Shown here piece by piece: positions 50,986-56,277 of a DNA stretch of 56,277 nucleotides; the first letter of the stretch is position 1; the number at the start of each line of letters is the position of its first letter. The notes under the pieces are model-generated. The model saw only the letters and a list, made by a program, of their open reading frames with translations. It did not search any database and had not been told where the DNA came from. The stretch lies in NCBI RefSeq assembly GCF_001194135.2, contig NC_068992.1:34725758-34782034 (forward strand), written 5' to 3'. Source of the DNA: Octopus bimaculoides (lineage: Eukaryota). The position numbers and the translations under genes were made by a program.

Positions 50986-51462
50986 ATAGCTTAGAATACT
51001 ACAAACCAAAAAAGAAGTAGCTTTATTATAGGAGACAATGGGTTAAATTATGAAAGAACGATCCAGAAAATAAATATTTGTTGTTGTAAAAGAGCTACAT
51101 GGTCACTTACATTTTAGAAAAGAGGGTAATTGGTGTGGGTATGGATAAGTGATAGAAATGGTGATAATGAAGTGTCTGGGTGGCTTAAGGTAGGAAGTGA
51201 GTAGAAGTGAATGGGGACAGAAGAAACAGGAGTATGACTGGGTAGAGGTTGCAAGAATGTAAGGGAGAAAGAGAGACTGTGCATGTGTGAAGGGGCGAAT
51301 ATAATGAATGAAGAGCGTATATTGAGGTGAATGGTGGGTAAGGAGTGACGATGACCAATAATGTATGACTATATTTGACTTGAGAGATAACACACCTATC
51401 AAAGCTCAGTGAACAAAACCAATCAGATCGGGAATTAATAAACAGCAGGTTACCATGTAGAC

Positions 51463-51718
51463 TTGTGTTTCTCAACCACTTTTCACCTATGGACTCCTTT
51501 CAGTCCTTATTTTACTCAACTGGACCCTCATATCCATTCAAAAAATACTATTATATTTATATAATAAAATATTATTAGGAATAATATAAAAAAAATTATT
51601 AAAATATTTTGTGTATTGTAGAATTATATGCAATTTATTGCACATAAATTTTAACAGCAAAATCATATTTGATCCCCACTCACCTGAGAGTCATATGGAC
51701 CCTAGTTGCAAACCACTG
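51463..51718. mobile_element. hAT/Charlie-type MITE (256 bp) with 8-bp TSD
   Basis: Termini ttgtgtttctcaacc ... agttgcaaaccactg resemble CAGTGGTTCTCAACC. The flanks ATGTAGAC (51455-51462) and ATGTAGGC (51719-51726) fit an 8-bp NTxTAGAN target. Confidence 0.8.
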
Positions 51719-52851
51719 ATGTAGGCAACTGAAAATAACATCTTTTTGTCATTAAAAATATACTGGAATCTTCTAGATCCTAGAAGGTAAAAAACTGTCT
51801 CACAGTACGTTGAAATAATTATGCTTTTAAGTGTTGAAAGTAATACTATATAAGTATGTATGTATGATTTTATATTACACAGTCAGTCATTAGAATTGAT
51901 TCATGGAAAGCTCAGAATACTTGAATAGAGAAGTAATAATTTAAAGTCATACTAATTTTATTCTAGCAGATTTTCATATTTGGGAAAAGCAATAAGTTTA
52001 GGCTTTCTGTACCAGATTATTCTTTCTTAAAATGTTTACACATGCATGCACGCGCGTGCGCACCCACCCACCCACACACATACGCACACTCACACACAAT
52101 TTTTTAAATTCAAATTTAACAAGAGCAGTTTTTTCTGGTACTGCTAAGATTTCATTTGATACATTTCTAGAAATGGTTAATGATTTCTATTTCAGTGTTT
52201 TCTATTTGTCATGGTATTTCTAATTTTACATATGTACTGTGTCTAATGTAATTTATTTTTCAAGTATAACAAAGTGGGTGACAATGGGAATTCAATTATT
52301 CAATTTAAGGTAACAATTGATAAGCATTGCACTTGAGGAAAGGAATTATTTACTTTTAGTATGATAAGTATCATCTGCAAAATGTTTTTAATATGTAAGA
52401 AAAGCAGTTACCCTGTTCTGTGATTGTATGTAACAAAATATTCTTTTTTTATAAACTCCTCTAGAAAATGTATTAAACATATTAATATTACAATGTTTGA
52501 AATCTTTTAATCTCCTCTCACACTCTTATGAGATTACTCCACTTCCTCACTCTTGAATCACTGTCTGTATCCTCTCTTATACTCACCTTCCTCTATTTTG
52601 GAAGTTCCCCCAGCCACCACATCACAACCATCTTTATCTTCTTCTCAGCTACTCTCACTCTTATTTAATGCTGGGTATTATGTATCTCCCCAATAGCAAG
52701 ACACCAGTGCTTGTCCTATCATAACTTAACCTCTCAACACTTGTTATAAAGTCACCTCCTCTAAAATACTCCCTTTAATTGAGATTTTCTTTTTCCATTT
52801 TATTTCGTTTTTCTTCTTTTTTTTTTGTCTTGCAAGTTACTTGATTACTTT

Positions 52852-53030
52852 GCTGGTGCTGGTGGCATGAAAAAAGCTCCCAGTACACACTATAAAGTGG
52901 TTGGCATTAGGAAGGGCAGCCAGCCATAGAAATCATGTCAAAGCTGATACTGGAGCTTGTTGGATCCTGTCAAACAGTCCAACCCATGCCAGCATGGAAA
53001 ATAAGTATTAAATAGTGATGATGATGATGA
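52852..53030 (+). mobile_element. RTE 3' end with (GAT)n tail
   Basis: aaagtggttggcattaggaagggcagccagccatagaaa..aacccatgccagcatggaaa. Confidence 0.85.
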
Positions 53031-54384
53031 TCCTATTTACCTCTTGAAGTAAAGAAACTTAAGTTACACTTATTCATACAAAATACACAGACACATAGAA
53101 TCGCATACAAATAAATCCAAAAATACAGACAAATATTCATACTTGCACATATACAGATATGTCATTTCATATTTCTTGCATATATTCAGATTTTTCTTGC
53201 ATACTTCTCTTCTTTCCAGATGCTAAGCTCCCTAATCATAAATGTATTTTTTCAAATCAGCCTGTCTTCTGATGATGCAACAAATTACTAACACAAATTC
53301 GGTATTATTTTACATGTTTGTATCCAGTCTTTAAACTATTTGATCCAGATAATTCATGATTCCTGAAACAAATAGTTCAAATGTTAATTTAAACTCACAA
53401 CTTGCTGATCAACTCATTTCTTCAACTTTTATACATTTATAGTTCAATATAGATTCCATGTCATATCATATTTTACATGGCATGTAATATCCAACTCATA
53501 TTAATAATAGTGTATTTTGGCATTTAAGAAGAATACCCACTGCCCCAAACTGTTTAAATCTTAGAAACTACAGGCGAAAAAAAGAGTTTAGTGATAAATT
53601 AGCATGTTATTGCTTGTTGTATGGTATAAGTGTATTCAATGACGGAATTGCCAGAGACAGTAATACTGATAATAAAAGAATCGGAGAAGGATTCGATTCT
53701 GCAACATAACAAAATAATTGTCAATTATACTGTTCTACTATTGATGCTAAGACTCTTCTTTTACTATCTGTGGTTGAATGATTTGCCCAACCTTACTTTC
53801 AACCAGATCTCAAAAGTCAGGTGTGACTAGTGCTGTACATTATGCCTATGTCTGGCAGATATGTCCTCATGGAAACCATACAAGTTGTTTCTGATGCAAG
53901 AAAGTAAAACAAATTGATAACAATATCAGTTGGTGGTTGGTAAGGTCTGAGATGTTGATCTTCTGTGGGATATTGTATTATATTTTATATATCATTATTT
54001 GTGAGATGTTAGGGTAGATACCCTTATCAAGAAAATAATATAGATATTTTGTTAGGAGAGGGAGAATCTAAACTGTAAAATGTTTGAGAGTGACAATGGG
54101 AACACTATTAGAATTGTATCTATTGACTGTGAGCATATGAAGCAGATTTATTTTTTATTTGTTTCAGTCATAAGACTGGGTACTGCCTTGAGGAATTTCA
54201 TTTGAATGAATCAGCCCCAGTACTTTTTTTAAAGCCATGTGCTTGGGTGATTAGTCCTGCCATTAACACTTACACGATACAAACTGCTGATGGAGCCAGC
54301 TATTTTGACTGGCAGATTAAATGATTTGTAAAGATGGTACAGATCCTATTGGTAATGGACAAGAAAGATCAGCTCTGGATCTTC

Positions 54385-55170
54385 TCGGTTATTGACCTTG
54401 ACTTTGCCAATGGTGTTGCCATACTAGGGGAGTCTCACAGCAACATCCAGCATGCTCTTGAAAGGATAAACCTCATTGTCACAAGAGTTGGACTGAAGAT
54501 CAACACCTTCAAAATGAAGGTCCTCTCAGCCAACACACCTCCCTCCTCCAAGGTCACTATACATCTTGATGGAGAGGCTGTGGAAGAGGTTAAGGAGTTC
54601 AAATATCTTGGATCCACCTTCACTGCTGCTGGCCAGGGGTGGATGAAATCACCATATGGATCAATCATGCATGATTGACCTGCCACTTTCATAAGTGCTT
54701 GTGGTCACATTAGGAAATCTGCCACACAACAAAAGCCATATTTACTGGGCATTTGTCCAAATAGTTCTCCTCTATGGTCGTGAAACTTGGACAATGCATG
54801 TTGCTGATTTCCAAAAGCTGGAGGTCTTCAACCACTTCTGTATTTGTCTTTCTCAGACTATGTTTTGAACTGACAACCTTATGCTCATTGCAGTGTCTCA
54901 CCTCTTGAGGAAACTCTTCTGACAAGGAGACTAAAGTGGTTTGGTCACACATTGCAGCAGTCCCATAATGAACTCGTCCAGAAGACAATAGCACCAGATC
55001 CTCCCCAGATTAGTGTAAGGAGAGGGGTGGTCAGATTAGACATGACAGTCAAAGCAGATATGGAGTTCATTTCCAGCCCCCGAGTCTTTGGCATTCATCA
55101 TTGGAACCATGGCTTCAACACACTGCAGAATCAGCTGCCAACAAATGTGTGTGGACTGCCTTGACCTGTT
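54385..55170 (+). mobile_element. Degraded RTE-clade LINE RT fragment (third subfamily)
   Basis: DLDFANGVAIL (FADD variant), VGLKINTFKMKVL, EEVKEFKYLGS, ctatggtcgtgaaacttgg (YG.ETW), and a RRLKWFGH-like motif near 54930. Confidence 0.8.
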
Positions 55171-55924
55171 AAATGGCGACAAGACAATAGGACAAGATCA
55201 GCTCTTATTAGGGAGTTGAAAGAGTTTGTTGGTCCTACAATACACACACGCACACACAAAACATTTGCAGAAGTTTAAATGGTGAACAAAGATATCAATT
55301 AGGTGGCTTTAAAAAAATGTAATGGAAAATCCTGGGTGCAGATATCTTGTTGAATGAATTGCATTTGAGAGTTGTATCAATATAACTGCAGTTTTCACCA
55401 TTTGAAAATAATGTGAAGTATATAGATTAGTGATAACTTCTTGACGGAGTTAGATATCTCTTAATTGTTTTACACTAAATTAATGAAGAAAGTAATTATC
55501 AAATATCAATTTTGCAAGACTTAGTGACATTGAAATTGAATATCAATCATATATTGTTTCTACTTTCATGAGATTTATGTTTATTAACCAGAAATCTACT
55601 ATATCTCATCTTTTTACGTTAAAAGGTAGAATTATGGCCAATTTAGTTATCGAATCGAAATAAGATTTATTTATTATATATACACATTGAAATACAAAGA
55701 GAATTGCTGTATTCATTTTAAAAATTAGACTGAGAGACTAACATCCCTCCCTACCTGTTGATTTCACCATGTACCTCAATGAAATCATTATATCAAAATC
55801 CATAAGAGATAAGTAATATTTATTAAAAGACACACTATTATGATTGATCTTAGAATATAAACTGATACTGCTAAGTAATATAAGTTTTCTTTCCATGGGA
55901 GACATAGTTCTCAAACTTATTATA

Positions 55925-56277
55925 TACTAGCAGTATAGCCCGACCTTGTCCGGGTGTGACTTATTATGCCATCTACGATAAGTCTTGCTAGCTGAAAATC
56001 AACTAAAAAAAGAAAGCCTTACAACGAAAAAACCCTTATGATGTAAATATGTTCATAATTCAAAAGATGATGAAATTAATAGGGAAAGTCTGAAAGCTGT
56101 TTTGCGTAAAATTATTAAGCATACGTAAATTTCATCCGTGTAATTGGCTATAGAAATGCTTGTGCAAAACAACTTTTTGCGCTGCCCTGTTTATACATAG
56201 CAGGGTAATCCCTTTTCACAGGAGCTAGGATGGCAATTTGTGATGAAGCAATTGCTGGCGATCTGTTGCTAAACAGT
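55925..56277 (+). mobile_element. Putative non-autonomous Helitron-like element 5' end (runs off the window)
   Basis: After TA-rich sequence it starts actagcagtatagcccgaccttgtccggg. The ACTAG start plus a subterminal cccg..cggg hairpin is typical of Lep1/HINE-like elements. Confidence 0.5.

Overview
AT-rich eukaryotic, repeat-dominated DNA with no host protein-coding gene that I can support. The repeat families are tRNA-derived SINEs with internal (TA)n(TG)n tracts, RTE LINEs ending in (GAT)n or (CAA)n, mariner/Tc1 elements, Helitron and Gypsy remnants, and dense microsatellites. They look like an octopod cephalopod genome (inference from family recognition, not a database search). The two N-gaps next to (TA)n tracts suggest a short-read assembly. 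The window is most likely intergenic or part of a very long intron. Almost all ORFs in the supplied track are microsatellite translations or transposon pseudogene pieces. There are no prokaryotic features, CRISPR arrays or rRNA, and no convincing functional tRNA. I did not find a new host gene system. The best observations are: (1) an RTE LINE with a 5' inversion in the geometry expected from twin priming (46516-48696); (2) a Tc1 element with DD36E spacing; (3) two long inverted repeats enclosing microsatellites, which are candidate dsRNA/ADAR substrates; (4) a short tRNA-Ser(AGA)-derived SINE; (5) an in-frame endonuclease/RT-end deletion derivative of a CR1/L2 LINE. All coordinates and identities were read by eye, and degraded-element boundaries are approximate.
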